DNA of 64,000 nt from an uncultured Chloroflexia bacterium (GTDB taxonomy: Bacteria > Chloroflexota > Limnocylindria > Limnocylindrales > CSP1-4), in NCBI GenBank assembly GCA_963759135.1, contig CAVWXU010000016.1, positions 69,909-133,908 on the forward strand, in the 5' to 3' direction. Below are positions 1 through 9,406 of the stretch, piece by piece. The notes beneath the pieces were generated by a model. It was not told the origin of the DNA. It made no database searches and saw only the letters and a list, made by a program, of their open reading frames with translations. The stretch's first letter is position 1; every line of letters begins with the position of its first letter. The translations under genes and the position numbers were made by a program.

Positions 1-1308
1 CGCGAGGTCGTCTACGACGCCGAGCACTTCTTCGACGGCTACAAGGCCGACCGCGACTACGCGCTCGCGACGCTCCGGTCGGCGCATGCCGCCGGCGCCA
101 CGAGCCTCGTCCTGTGCGACACCAACGGCGGCAGCCTGACCGACGAGGTGAGCACGATCGTGCGGGACGTGGTCGCCACGCTGGCACTCCCGGTCACCTG
201 GGGGATCCACGTCCACGACGACGCGGGCCTGGCCGTGGCGAATTCGCTGGCCGCGGTCCAGGCCGGCGCCAGGCACGTGCAGGGCACGATCAACGGCTAC
301 GGCGAGCGCTGCGGGAACGCCAACATCGTCACGATCTGGGCCGACCTGGCCCTCAAGGCAGGCGTCGCGACCGTGCCGCCAGGGGCCGACCTCCACGGGC
401 TGGCCGAGCTGTCGCACTACGTGGCCGAGGTGGCCAACCTCGCGCCCGACGACCACCAGCCCTACGTCGGGCAGAGCGCCTTCGCGCACAAGGGAGGCGT
501 GCACGGGGCGGCGACCGCACGCGTCCGCAACGCCTACCAGCACATCGACCCCGACCTGGTCGGCAACCAGACGCGCCTGGTCGTCAGCGAGCTCGGCGGC
601 CGCGTCAACACGCAGTGGCGCGCCGAGGAGCTGGGCCACCGGCTCGAGGGGGTCGTGGACCCCCGCGATCTCAGCCGCACGATCAAACGGCTGGAGGCGG
701 AGGGCGCCAGCTTCGAGGGAGCCGAGGCCTCGTTCGAGTTGCTGATCCGCCGGCTCCAGCCGGACTACCGGCCGCCGTTCCGGCTCATCGACTACACCGT
801 GCTGGTCGAGCACCGCGAGGGGAGGGATCTACGGGCGGAGGCCACCGTCAAGGTCGAGGTCGCAGGGGAGGTACTCCACACGGCGGCCGACGGGAACGGG
901 CCCGTGAACGCGCTCGACGCCGCACTCCGCAAGGCGCTCGGGGCGTTCTATCCGCAGCTCGACGGCGTCCACCTGGTGGACTACAAGGTCCGGATCGTCG
1001 ACGGGGGATCGGCCACGGCCGCACGCACGCGGGTCGTCATCGAATCGAGCAGCGAGAGCGATACCTGGTCCACGGTCGGTTCGGACACGAACATCATCGC
1101 GGCGTCCTTCCAGGCGCTGGGCGACTCGCTCGAGTTCGCGCTCTGGAAGGGGGGCGCGGAGATGCGCTTCCGTGACGAGCGCCACTTCACGACGACGGCG
1201 TCCCAGCCGACGACTGCGACGGCACCCGGGGCTCCCGGCGCGGCCGTTGCGACCCCCGTCGCCGCGGAGCGGGCCGCCCCCGAGGCTCCCGAAGGAGGCC
1301 CACGATGA
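1..1308 (+). CDS. cimA: Citramalate synthase (isopropylmalate/citramalate synthase family), 5' end cut by window edge
   Basis: Frame 1 is open from base 1; track ORF 148..1308 is its GTG-started tail. The translation has the catalytic barrel motifs VLCDTNGG, IHVHDDAGLAVANSLAAV and GTINGYGERCGNAN, plus a C-terminal LeuA-dimer regulatory domain (ADGNGPVNALDAAL). Confidence 0.85.
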   Translation, partial: REVVYDAEHFFDGYKADRDYALATLRSAHAAGATSLVLCDTNGGSLTDEVSTIVRDVVATLALPVTWGIHVHDDAGLAVANSLAAVQAGARHVQGTINGYGERCGNANIVTIWADLALKAGVATVPPGADLHGLAELSHYVAEVANLAPDDHQPYVGQSAFAHKGGVHGAATARVRNAYQHIDPDLVGNQTRLVVSELGGRVNTQWRAEELGHRLEGVVDPRDLSRTIKRLEAEGASFEGAEASFELLIRRLQPDYRPPFRLIDYTVLVEHREGRDLRAEATVKVEVAGEVLHTAADGNGPVNALDAALRKALGAFYPQLDGVHLVDYKVRIVDGGSATAARTRVVIESSSESDTWSTVGSDTNIIAASFQALGDSLEFALWKGGAEMRFRDERHFTTTASQPTTATAPGAPGAAVATPVAAERAAPEAPEGGPR

Positions 1309-1880
1309 TCGACACGACCACCGAGGACGCGATCCGCCTGGCGCGCTGGACGTGTTCGACCGGCTCGAACGTGCAGAGCCGGGCGGCTGTCGTCGTCCAG
1401 GCCGGCGAGCGCGTCTGGAGCGCGTCGGCCGAAGGCAACGGCGCCGTCGACGCGCTGTACGAGGCGGTCGATCGCGCCCTGACCGAGGTCCTGTCGGGGC
1501 ACCCGCGTCTCCTCGCGTACCGGGTCGTCTCGCTCGGCGAAGGGCCCGACGCGGAGGGCCGCGTCGAGGTCGAGGTCGCGCCGCCCGCCGGTGTCGAGGG
1601 GCCGCGCGGCCAGGGGCGATACCTGGGCGCCTGCCAGGGGACCAACACGGTCGCCTGCTCCGTCGAGGCGTACGTCGAGGCGATCAACGCCATGCTCGCC
1701 GAGGTGCACTGGGCGGGCGCGACGGACGCCCTGCCGGCGGCGGGTGCGGCGGCACCCGGGGGTGAAGAGGGTGGACCCGCTGCCTCCGGCGACACCGGCC
1801 GACGAGCGCGCCAGGTCGACGCGCCGTCGGTGGAGTACGACGACATCGACCACGAACCGTCGCGGTGGTTCGAACCCTGA
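1305..1880 (+). CDS. Stand-alone LeuA-dimer-like (synthase allosteric domain) protein
   Basis: 191-aa ORF whose ATG overlaps the cimA stop (ATGA). It repeats the hallmark of the cimA tail (AEGNGAVDALYEAVDRAL ... TNTVACSVEAYVEAINAML) but has no catalytic barrel. The C-terminus is low-complexity and acidic. Confidence 0.6.
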   Translation: MIDTTTEDAIRLARWTCSTGSNVQSRAAVVVQAGERVWSASAEGNGAVDALYEAVDRALTEVLSGHPRLLAYRVVSLGEGPDAEGRVEVEVAPPAGVEGPRGQGRYLGACQGTNTVACSVEAYVEAINAMLAEVHWAGATDALPAAGAAAPGGEEGGPAASGDTGRRARQVDAPSVEYDDIDHEPSRWFEP

Positions 1881-2965
1881 GAGACGAGGGTCGCGCGGCC
1901 GGCCCTCCGTTGCCTGACGACCCGATCGGCGGTTCCCCGAGCCTCACGCGCGTCGCGTACTCCGGCGAGCCCGGTGCGTTCGCAGAGGACGCGGTCATCA
2001 TGGCGTTCGACGGTCCGGCGCCGGTGCCCGTGCCCGGATTCCGCGAAGTCTTCGAGGCCGTGACCGCGGGACGTGCGCCCGGCGATCCGCCGCCCGCTCC
2101 GCTCGTCGCCGCCGGCGTGGTGCCCATCGAGAACCTGGTGAGCGGCACGGTCCGGGAGAACTACGACCTGCTGCTGGAGCACGACCTGGTGGTGACCGGC
2201 GAGGTCGTGGTGCCGGTTCGGCTGTGCCTCGCGGCGCTGCCCGGCCAGTCGCTCGACGAGATCGAGCGCGTGTACTCGCACGTCCAGGCGCTGGCTCAGG
2301 CGGAGGACTTCCTTCGCACGCGGCCGTGGACGCTGCTGACGACCTACAACACGGCGGGGGCGGCCAGGATGATCGCCGACCGCGGCGAGCGCGCCGCCGG
2401 GGCAGTCGTCTCGCCGAGGGCCGCCGCGGTGTTCGGGCTCGACATCCTGGCGGAAGGGATCCAGCAGGTGTCCGACAACCGGACTCGGTTCCTGGTGATC
2501 GCTCGATCGGAGTCGGTGGCCGCCGTCGAGGCCGAGGTCGCGCGCGTCGCCGCCCGCCGCGTGGCCGCGGTCCCGCAGGGCCGTCCGCCCGGGGGCGAGC
2601 CGCAGGCGGCGGGCATGCCTGGGTCGGGCAGGCGAGCGGCGCCGCGCCCGCAATCGGGCGGCCGGCCCGCCGCGTCCGGCACGGCACAACGGCACGGCGG
2701 CGATGTCTCGATGCGCACGACGATGGTGATCGCCGTCCGAAATGAGCCGGGGTCCCTGTATCGCTGCCTGGGGGTGTTCGCGCGCGCAGGCCTCAACATG
2801 AGCAAGCTCGAGTCGCGCCCGGGCCGGGATCGCGCCTGGGAGTACGTCTTCTGGGTCGACCTGGACGCGGACGCCGCCCAGGCACGGCAGGCCGCCGCGG
2901 AACTGCGGCCCGACGCCTCGATGGTGCGGATCCTCGGAACGTATCCCCGCGCGGTCGACGGGTAG
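1865..2965 (+). CDS. pheA: Prephenate dehydratase (PDT domain + ACT domain, long Ala/Pro/Gly linker)
   Basis: 366-aa ORF. PDT motifs: RVAYSGEPGAFAE, VVPIENLVSGTV, NRTRFLVIA. ACT domain: TTMVIAVRNEPGSLYRCLGVFARAGLNMSKLESRP. The start codon is uncertain because 1865 overlaps the previous gene by 16 nt. Confidence 0.85.
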   Translation: MVRTLRDEGRAAGPPLPDDPIGGSPSLTRVAYSGEPGAFAEDAVIMAFDGPAPVPVPGFREVFEAVTAGRAPGDPPPAPLVAAGVVPIENLVSGTVRENYDLLLEHDLVVTGEVVVPVRLCLAALPGQSLDEIERVYSHVQALAQAEDFLRTRPWTLLTTYNTAGAARMIADRGERAAGAVVSPRAAAVFGLDILAEGIQQVSDNRTRFLVIARSESVAAVEAEVARVAARRVAAVPQGRPPGGEPQAAGMPGSGRRAAPRPQSGGRPAASGTAQRHGGDVSMRTTMVIAVRNEPGSLYRCLGVFARAGLNMSKLESRPGRDRAWEYVFWVDLDADAAQARQAAAELRPDASMVRILGTYPRAVDG

Positions 2966-2974
2966 CACCCCTCC

Positions 2975-3034
2975 GCGGGCGGAGAACACGCGGGCGGAGA
3001 ACACGCGGGCGGAGACGACACGCGGGCGGAGACC
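2975..3034. repeat. Tandem repeat, about 4 copies of GCGGGCGGAGAACAC (15-17 bp units)
   Basis: Read directly: gcgggcggagaacac (2975), gcgggcggagaacac (2990), gcgggcggagacgacac (3005), gcgggcggagacc (3022). It is intergenic between pheA and the aldehyde dehydrogenase and ends 15 bp before a TAGAAT hexamer. Confidence 0.9.
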
Positions 3035-3049
3035 ATGCCCCTGCATGGG

Positions 3050-3055
3050 TAGAAT
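3050..3055 (+). promoter_or_regulatory. Candidate -10 element TAGAAT for the aldehyde dehydrogenase gene
   Basis: TAGAAT lies 87 nt upstream of the ATG at 3142. It is preceded by the palindrome CCATGC-CCCT-GCATGG and by the tandem repeat where a -35 would sit. No TTG-type -35 is visible. Confidence 0.25.
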
Positions 3056-3141
3056 TGCTCGAGGGAGCGGCCGGTCCAAGCGGCGGCCCGGACGTTCGAT
3101 GTCCTCCCGATGTCCGCCAGGCGAGCGCCCAGGAGGCGATC

Positions 3142-4587
3142 ATGGTCACCGTCAGCGCGACCCGGCCCCATCCCATCTTCCTGGCCGGACGCTGGGTGGA
3201 ATTGCCGGACGTTCTCGAGGTCGTCAACCCCGCCGATCCCGCGACGCCCGCCGGCTCCACGTACCAGGCCACCCCGGAGCAGTACGAGGAGGCCGTGCAG
3301 GCGGCCGTCCAGGCGTTCGAGGTCACGCGCCGCATGCCGGCCTACGAGCGCTCGGCACTGCTTCGCTCGATCTCGGCCGGCATCCGCGAGCGCCGCGAGG
3401 AGCTGGGGCGGCTGATCGCGCTGGAGGCCGGCAAGCCCATCCGGGACGCCCTCGTCGAGGTGGACCGCGCCTCGCTCACGTTCCGGCTCGGCGGAGAGGA
3501 GGCCGAGCGCATCTACGGGGAGACCATCCCGCTCGACCTGATGGCCTCGTCGAGGGGCCGCGTTGGGATCACCCGTCGCTTCCCCGTCGGCCCCGTGGCG
3601 GCGATCAGCCCGTTCAACTTCCCGCTGAACCTGGCCGCCCACAAGGTCGCACCCGCGATCGCCGCGGGCTGCCCGGTCGTGCTGAAGCCACCGTCCAAGG
3701 ACCCCCTGGTCATGCTCGCGGTCGGCGAGATCATCGAGAAGGCGGGCGCCCCCGCGGGCTCCGTCAGCATCCTGCCGATGACGCGAGCGCTCGGCGACCG
3801 GATGGTGGCCGACGAGCGGTTCAAGGTGCTCACCTTCACGGGGTCGCCGGCAGTGGGCTGGGCCATGAAGGCCAGGGCAGGCAAGAAGCGGGTCGTCCTC
3901 GAGCTGGGCGGCAACGCCGGCGTCATCGTCGACCGGTCGGCCGACCTGGACTGGGCGGTCCGGCGGATCCTGGTCGGCGCGTTCGCCTACGCCGGGCAGG
4001 TGTGCATCAGCGTGCAGCGGCTGGTCGTCCACGCCGACGTGATGGACGCGTTCCTCGCGAAGTTCATCGCCGGCGCCCGTGCGCTGAAGCTGGGCGATCC
4101 GATCGACCCGGCCACCGACGTCGGGCCCATGGTGGACGAGCAGGCCGCCCGCCGGACGCAGGCCTGGGTTGACGAGGCCGTGTCGATGGGCGGCCGCGTG
4201 CTGCTGGGCGGCAAGGCCGACGGCTCGTTCTTCAGCCCGACGATCCTGGTGGACACGCCGGTCGAGGCGAAGGTCTGCGCGAATGAGGCGTTCGCGCCGC
4301 TCGTGGTCGTGTTCCCCTTCACCGACTTCGCGGACGCGGTGCGGCAGGTCAACGCGAGCTCCTTCGGGCTCCAGGCCGGCGTCTTCACCAACGACCTCGC
4401 CAACGCGTGGCATGCGTTCAGCGAGACCGAGGTCGGCGGAGTCATCGTCAACGACGTCCCGACGTACCGGATCGACCACATGCCCTACGGCGGGGTCAAG
4501 GACTCCGGGCTGGGGCGCGAGGGCATCCGCTGGTCGATCGAAGACATGACCGAGCTGCGGATCATGGTGATGGCCCAGCCGCAGTAG
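3142..4587 (+). CDS. NAD(P)-dependent aldehyde dehydrogenase
   Basis: ATG at 3142 is preceded by AGGAGG with 5-nt spacing. The 481-aa product has ALDH motifs ISPFNFPLNL, VLELGGNAG, the catalytic Cys in GQVCISVQR, and EAFAPL. Confidence 0.9.
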   Translation: MVTVSATRPHPIFLAGRWVELPDVLEVVNPADPATPAGSTYQATPEQYEEAVQAAVQAFEVTRRMPAYERSALLRSISAGIRERREELGRLIALEAGKPIRDALVEVDRASLTFRLGGEEAERIYGETIPLDLMASSRGRVGITRRFPVGPVAAISPFNFPLNLAAHKVAPAIAAGCPVVLKPPSKDPLVMLAVGEIIEKAGAPAGSVSILPMTRALGDRMVADERFKVLTFTGSPAVGWAMKARAGKKRVVLELGGNAGVIVDRSADLDWAVRRILVGAFAYAGQVCISVQRLVVHADVMDAFLAKFIAGARALKLGDPIDPATDVGPMVDEQAARRTQAWVDEAVSMGGRVLLGGKADGSFFSPTILVDTPVEAKVCANEAFAPLVVVFPFTDFADAVRQVNASSFGLQAGVFTNDLANAWHAFSETEVGGVIVNDVPTYRIDHMPYGGVKDSGLGREGIRWSIEDMTELRIMVMAQPQ

Positions 4588-4601
4588 CGGCATTGCCCGC
4601 G

Positions 4602-4661
4602 GCAGCCGCGGCTCCGCGACGCGCCGCCCGGCAGCCGCGGCGGGGCCCGACGCGCCGCCCG
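4602..4661. repeat. Imperfect tandem duplication (29 + 31 bp)
   Basis: gcagccgcggctccgcgacgcgccgcccg followed by gcagccgcggcggggcccgacgcgccgcccg, just downstream of the aldehyde dehydrogenase stop. Confidence 0.8.
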
Positions 4662-4854
4662 GCTCGTCGGGAGTCCGAGCCCCAGACGCGCCCGTCCGCG
4701 TCGCCCGCTCGCCGATGGTCACGGTCGCGGCGGGTGACGTTCGGGTGGGTTCCTGCGCATCGGCAACGTGGGATACCTGTCTGTGCCCAGGCGAGTCGCG
4801 CGGGCGGCTTTGCCGTCGGCGGTGCGGGTCGCGGACCGAACGGAAGGAGCGTGT

Positions 4855-7338
4855 GTGACCATCGGGCGTGCCGGCCCCGGCGCTCCGGGTCCGGGGACGC
4901 GGGAGGGCGGGGTCGCCGTACGAGGCATGCCGCCGGACCCGACCGATGCGCGGGATCGGCCGCCGGGCGCGGCGGTGGAGGCGCCCTCGCGGTTCCGCGT
5001 CGTGAGAGTCCGCCTCGCGCTGGCGTTGCTGGCCGCCGCGTCCATCCCGGTTGCGATCGCCATCGTCGTGCCGGCGCTCCTGGGTTCCGGTCGGGTCGAC
5101 CAGGCTCAGGCGGTGCAGGCCGGCAGCCAGGTTTCCACGGGACTCGCCGCCGAGCTCGAGCGAAGCCGCAGCGCCCTCCTGCTGCTCGCCGCGAACCCCA
5201 GCACCGTCCGGCTCGCCATGGGCACCGGGTCCGTCGCCGACGCGCGGACGGATCTGCAGTCGATCTCCGCCGTCGTCGGCGCGCGGGTCGCCGTCGCCGC
5301 AGTCGTCAACGCCGCCGGGGTCGAGCGGCTGCGCCTCGAGGACGGACGGGTCGTGACACCCCAGGCCGACCCGGTGGACGCATCGCTCCTCCACGCGACG
5401 CTGGCCCTCGGTGCCGGCGACATGTACCGATCCGAACCGTTCGCCGGCCCGAACGGCGTCTCGCGGATCGCGATCGCCGCCCCCCTCCTCAACGCAGGAA
5501 AGGCGGTCGGGCTCGTCCGCCTGGACCTCCCGCTGGCCGGCCTTCTGGCGGCGCCCCAGGCCGACATCGCCACCCGCGGCGGGTACGCACTGATCGTCGA
5601 CACCGCCACGGGCAGTGTGGTCGCCGACGGGCGCAGCCAGTCGGGGGCGTCCGGCGCGACGCAGGCGGGCTCCAGCGCGCAGCCAGGTCTGCCCGGCCCC
5701 GACGAGCTCCTGGCGCGGCTGGTCAGCCAGGCCGGCCAGACCTGGACGTCACTGCTCAGCGGCAACTGGAGCGTGGACTACGCGCCACTCGACACGGCCG
5801 TCCCCGGCTTCGGCGACTGGGCGGTGGTCGTCGCACTCCCCGCGACGCCGTCGGCACCCCCGGTCGCGCTGGTCGCGGCGCTGGCGCTGCTGATCCTGCT
5901 GCTCGTGGTGCTCGCGCTGTGGATGGCGCACGAGGTGCTCAAGCCGGCGGTGGAGCTTGATCGATCCCACCGCGAGCTGTCCCAGCAGTTCGAGGTGGCA
6001 CGCCACGACGCGCTCCACGACAACCTCACCGGGCTCGGCAACCACCGTGCCTTCCACGAGGAGCTGGACCGGCAGATGGAGATCTCCCGGCGGTACGGCG
6101 TCCCGGTCGCGTTGCTCATGCTCGACCTCGACGACTTCAAGCACGTCAACGACAGCGCCGGCCACGCCGCCGGCGACGCCGTGCTGACGTCCGTCGGTCG
6201 CTTCCTGGACGAACACAGCCGCGTCACCGACCGCGCCTTCCGGATCGGCGGCGACGAGTTCGCCGTCGTGATGCCGCACACCGACATGGACGGCGGCATG
6301 GTGGTGGCGCGGCGCATGCTCGGCATGGCGCTGGAGCCAGTGGCCAACTCCGCGCTCGGCAAGCCCGTGTCGTTCTCGGCCGGCGTCTCGGCCCTCCCCG
6401 CACCCGCCGAGAGCCGCGCGGAGCTGTACGCCCAGGCCGACGCCGCCCTGATCTGGTGCAAGCGCCACGGGCGGACCTCGGTGGCCGCGTTCGACCCCAC
6501 CCGGCATACCCTCGACAGCCTGGACGCCATGGCGACGCTGTCCCAGACCGTGGCGGCCGTGGCGGCCCAGCGAGCGCTGCGGCCCGTCTTCCAGCCCGTC
6601 GTCGACCTTCAGACCGGGCGCGTCATCGGGTTCGAAGGGCTCATCCGGCCGGCCGCGGGGTCGGGGTTCGCCGACCCCGGCAGCATGTTCGTCGCCGCCG
6701 AGAAGTGTGGCCGCACGGTCGAGCTCGACCAGGCCTGCCTGGAGGTCATCGCCTCTGCCGCGACCGCGATCCCGGGCGACCGCTCCGTCAGCCTGAACCT
6801 GTCACCCCGCAGCCTGGAGGCCCCGGAGTTCAACGCCCACGCTCTGACGCGCACGCTGGAACGTCTCGGCCTGTCGCCGTCCCGGGTCGTGATCGAGCTC
6901 ACCGAACGCGAGACGGTCGACGACATGGCCCTGCTGACGGCCAACCTGCAGGCGGTCCGGCGGGCGGGCATGCGGATCGCCGCCGACGACGTCGGCTCCG
7001 GCAACGCCGGCCTGCGCCTGCTCAGCCAGATCCACTTCGACATCGTGAAGATCGACCTGTCGCTCGTGCAGGGCGGGATCGCGCGCGAGTCGTCGCTCGC
7101 CGTTCTGCGGTCGCTGATCGACCTGGCCAGGCGGTGGGACGCGCTCGTCGTCGCCGAGGGCGTCGAGACGCCGGACCAGCTGCGGGCGTTGCGCGGCCTG
7201 GACGTCTCCGCCGCGCAGGGGTACCTGCTCGGACGGCCCTCGGACGACGTGCACATCGAATCCGTCGACCTTGAGGCGCTGATGGCGCCGACGACGAACA
7301 TCCCGGGCTGGGCGGCGGTCAGGGCAACGCCGGCCTGA
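4855..7338 (+). CDS. Membrane-anchored sensor diguanylate cyclase/phosphodiesterase (GGDEF + EAL)
   Basis: GTG at 4855 lies 5 nt after GGAAGGAG. Two TM segments flank a roughly 330-aa extracytoplasmic region. GGDEF domain: LTGLGNHRAF, RIGGDEFAVV. EAL domain: FEGLIRP, ELTERE, AADDVGSGNAGL, VVAEGVETPDQL, QGYLLGRP. Confidence 0.9.
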   Translation: MTIGRAGPGAPGPGTREGGVAVRGMPPDPTDARDRPPGAAVEAPSRFRVVRVRLALALLAAASIPVAIAIVVPALLGSGRVDQAQAVQAGSQVSTGLAAELERSRSALLLLAANPSTVRLAMGTGSVADARTDLQSISAVVGARVAVAAVVNAAGVERLRLEDGRVVTPQADPVDASLLHATLALGAGDMYRSEPFAGPNGVSRIAIAAPLLNAGKAVGLVRLDLPLAGLLAAPQADIATRGGYALIVDTATGSVVADGRSQSGASGATQAGSSAQPGLPGPDELLARLVSQAGQTWTSLLSGNWSVDYAPLDTAVPGFGDWAVVVALPATPSAPPVALVAALALLILLLVVLALWMAHEVLKPAVELDRSHRELSQQFEVARHDALHDNLTGLGNHRAFHEELDRQMEISRRYGVPVALLMLDLDDFKHVNDSAGHAAGDAVLTSVGRFLDEHSRVTDRAFRIGGDEFAVVMPHTDMDGGMVVARRMLGMALEPVANSALGKPVSFSAGVSALPAPAESRAELYAQADAALIWCKRHGRTSVAAFDPTRHTLDSLDAMATLSQTVAAVAAQRALRPVFQPVVDLQTGRVIGFEGLIRPAAGSGFADPGSMFVAAEKCGRTVELDQACLEVIASAATAIPGDRSVSLNLSPRSLEAPEFNAHALTRTLERLGLSPSRVVIELTERETVDDMALLTANLQAVRRAGMRIAADDVGSGNAGLRLLSQIHFDIVKIDLSLVQGGIARESSLAVLRSLIDLARRWDALVVAEGVETPDQLRALRGLDVSAAQGYLLGRPSDDVHIESVDLEALMAPTTNIPGWAAVRATPA

Positions 7339-7409
7339 TCCGTGCGGCGGGGGCGGCTCGAGTGCCCGGGCCGCCCCTCCCCGCACGTCCGCCGAGGTTC
7401 AGCCAGGGT

Positions 7410-8141
7410 CTACTCCGCCGTGCCCCCGGGCTGCGGCGCGTGCACGCCGACGTGGGCCAGCCCGCGCTTCGCCAGCTCGTCGCGCAGCTGGTCGGGCGTG
7501 CCGGACAGGATCGGGAACGTGCCATAGTGGATGGGCATCACGTCCGCCACGGCGAGCAGCTCGACCGCCAGCGCGGCCGACCGTGGGTCCATCGTGTAGT
7601 GCCCGCCGATCGGCAGCATCGCCAGGTCGGGGTGCCAGCGCTCGCCGATCAGGCGCATGTCGCCGAACACGTCCGTGTCGCCGGCGTGGTAGATGCGGTA
7701 CCCGTTCTCCAGCTCCACGACGAACCCCGCCGGGTCGCCGAGGTACATGGGGACCTCGATCTGCGCGTTCCAGTCGCCACCCGAGTGGACGGCCGTGGTC
7801 ATGGTGACCTTCAGGCCGGCCACCTCGACGGTCCCGCCCTTGTTCATGCCGATCACGGCGTCGGCGCCGCCGGGGAGCCGGCGGCCCAGCCACAGGCTCA
7901 TCTCGTGGATGCAGGGCCAGGCCGGGCGCGTGCGGCTCGCGATCGCCACGGCGTCGCCCATGTGGTCGCTGTGGCCGTGCGTCACGAGCAACAGGTCGCA
8001 GCGGTCGACCGAGGATGCGGCGCGTGGCGACCTCGGGTTGCCGAACCAGGGATCGACCAGCACCCGTCTCCGGCCGGGCGTCTCCACCTCGACGCACGCG
8101 TGCCCGTACCAGCGGATCGTCGTCTCCCGATCGAGCGTCAT
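7410..8141 (-). CDS. Metallo-beta-lactamase-fold metal-dependent hydrolase (UPF0173-like)
   Basis: Start MTLDRETTIRWYGHACVEV at 8141 follows GGAGGG. The HxHxDH motif is LLLVTHGHSDHMGD. The track ORF reaches 8231, but that extension lies in an 11-bp repeat. Confidence 0.8.
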   Translation of the reverse strand: MTLDRETTIRWYGHACVEVETPGRRRVLVDPWFGNPRSPRAASSVDRCDLLLVTHGHSDHMGDAVAIASRTRPAWPCIHEMSLWLGRRLPGGADAVIGMNKGGTVEVAGLKVTMTTAVHSGGDWNAQIEVPMYLGDPAGFVVELENGYRIYHAGDTDVFGDMRLIGERWHPDLAMLPIGGHYTMDPRSAALAVELLAVADVMPIHYGTFPILSGTPDQLRDELAKRGLAHVGVHAPQPGGTAE

Positions 8142-8221
8142 CGCGCCCTCCAGCTGTCTGGACGTCGGGGCCGACACGCGACACCGCTCCGGGACGGAGG
8201 CGCTCCGTCCGCGGACGCCGT

Positions 8222-8254
8222 CCGCGGTCATCCCGCGGTCATCCCGCGGTCATC
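8222..8254. repeat. 3 x 11-bp tandem repeat CCGCGGTCATC
   Basis: ccgcggtcatc occurs three times in a row in the divergent intergenic region. On the minus strand this reads GATGACCGCGG x3, giving three ATGs in three different frames. Confidence 0.9.
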
Positions 8255-8283
8255 GTAGCCGGTCCACGGCTACACTCGCGTGC

Positions 8284-9117
8284 GTGGCAGGACTGGCGAT
8301 CGGGGAGAGCCTCGCGTACATCAACTGGACCGTGCTGGGGGCGCTGGCGGTCGGCTCGTTTGCCGCCGTCGTACTGCTCGGCCTCCGGACGGATGCGACG
8401 CGCGGGTTCCTGGGCTTCACGGCGTTCTGCTCCGCGGCGCTCGCCGGCCTGACACTCCTCGCGGACACGGCCCTGCCCGATCCGGGCTCGACGCTGACGA
8501 TCGCCGCGGCGCCCGACCTGGACCTGCCGCGCCGCGCGGCGCTGGCCGCGCTGGCGGTCCTGGCGCTCGCATACGTGGTGGCGCTCGCGAGGAACCGCCG
8601 CGCGCCGGTGGTGGGGATCGCGGGCGTCGTGGCAGGTGTGGCGGCGCTGGCGATCGCCGCGGACGGCTGGGGCGGCGGGCCGGCGCGGGGGATCCCGCTG
8701 GCGGTGCAGCTGCTCGCCCTCGCGGCCGCGCTGGGCGGCGTGCTGGCGGCGATGATCCTGGGCCACTGGTACCTGGTGACGCCCCGGCTCTCCGAGGGGC
8801 CGCTGGTGTTGCTGGCGCGCGTCCTGACATGGGTGGTGGGGGCGCAGCTGGCGCTGTTCGTGGCCTGGATGTCGACCGGCGCCGGGGCCAGCCACCCACC
8901 GTTCGAGCCGCTGGTCGGAGCGTGGGCGCTGTTCGTCTGGCTTCGTCTCCTGATCGGGCTCGTGTTCCCGGTCGCGGTGACATGGGGTGCGCTCCAGACG
9001 GCGCGGAGCCGGTCCATGGAGTCGGCGACGGGGCTGCTCTACGTCGACGTGGGCGCGATCGCGGCGGGCACGATCCTGGCGGCGGGGCTGTACTTCGGTG
9101 CGGGTCTGCTCGTATGA
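8284..9117 (+). CDS. Polytopic integral membrane protein, function unknown
   Basis: This is the second half of track ORF 7693..9117; the first half is antisense to the hydrolase gene. From the GTG at 8284 the product is about 277 aa with 7-8 hydrophobic helices (LGALAVGSFAAVVLLGL, ILGHWYLVTPRL). The start is uncertain. Confidence 0.6.
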   Translation: MAGLAIGESLAYINWTVLGALAVGSFAAVVLLGLRTDATRGFLGFTAFCSAALAGLTLLADTALPDPGSTLTIAAAPDLDLPRRAALAALAVLALAYVVALARNRRAPVVGIAGVVAGVAALAIAADGWGGGPARGIPLAVQLLALAAALGGVLAAMILGHWYLVTPRLSEGPLVLLARVLTWVVGAQLALFVAWMSTGAGASHPPFEPLVGAWALFVWLRLLIGLVFPVAVTWGALQTARSRSMESATGLLYVDVGAIAAGTILAAGLYFGAGLLV

Positions 9118-9151
9118 GCGTGGCGGGCGGCGGCGCGAGGTGGCCGCCGTG

Positions 9152-9391
9152 ATGGTTCGGGTACGGCTCTTTGCGCGGCAGCGAGAGCTGGCCGGGACGT
9201 CGCGACTCGACATCGCGGTCCCGGAGGGCGCGGCGGTCGAGGACGCCTGGACTGCGCTGGTCGTTCGTTTCCCCGCCCTCGCACCCGGGCGCCCGTACGT
9301 GCGGTTCGCGCGCAACGGGGTGTACGCGGATGCTGGCGAGCGGCTTGCCGACGGCGACGAGCTCGCCTGCATTCCGCCGGTCGCGGGCGGG
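9152..9391 (+). CDS. moaD: Molybdopterin synthase sulfur-carrier subunit MoaD (domain; ORF does not stop after the GG)
   Basis: MVRVRLFARQRELAG...DGDELACIPPVAGG is 80 aa ending in the diagnostic Gly-Gly. The frame stays open to 9583 and overlaps moaE in another frame. Confidence 0.8.
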
Positions 9392-9406
9392 GCGGGGGAC
9401 GGAGAC

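Noticed and set aside
7693-8283. N-terminal 197 codons of the 474-aa ORF 7693..9117
   Set aside because: This part is antisense to the well-supported MBL-fold hydrolase gene and has junk composition. Only the hydrophobic part from about 8284 is plausible.
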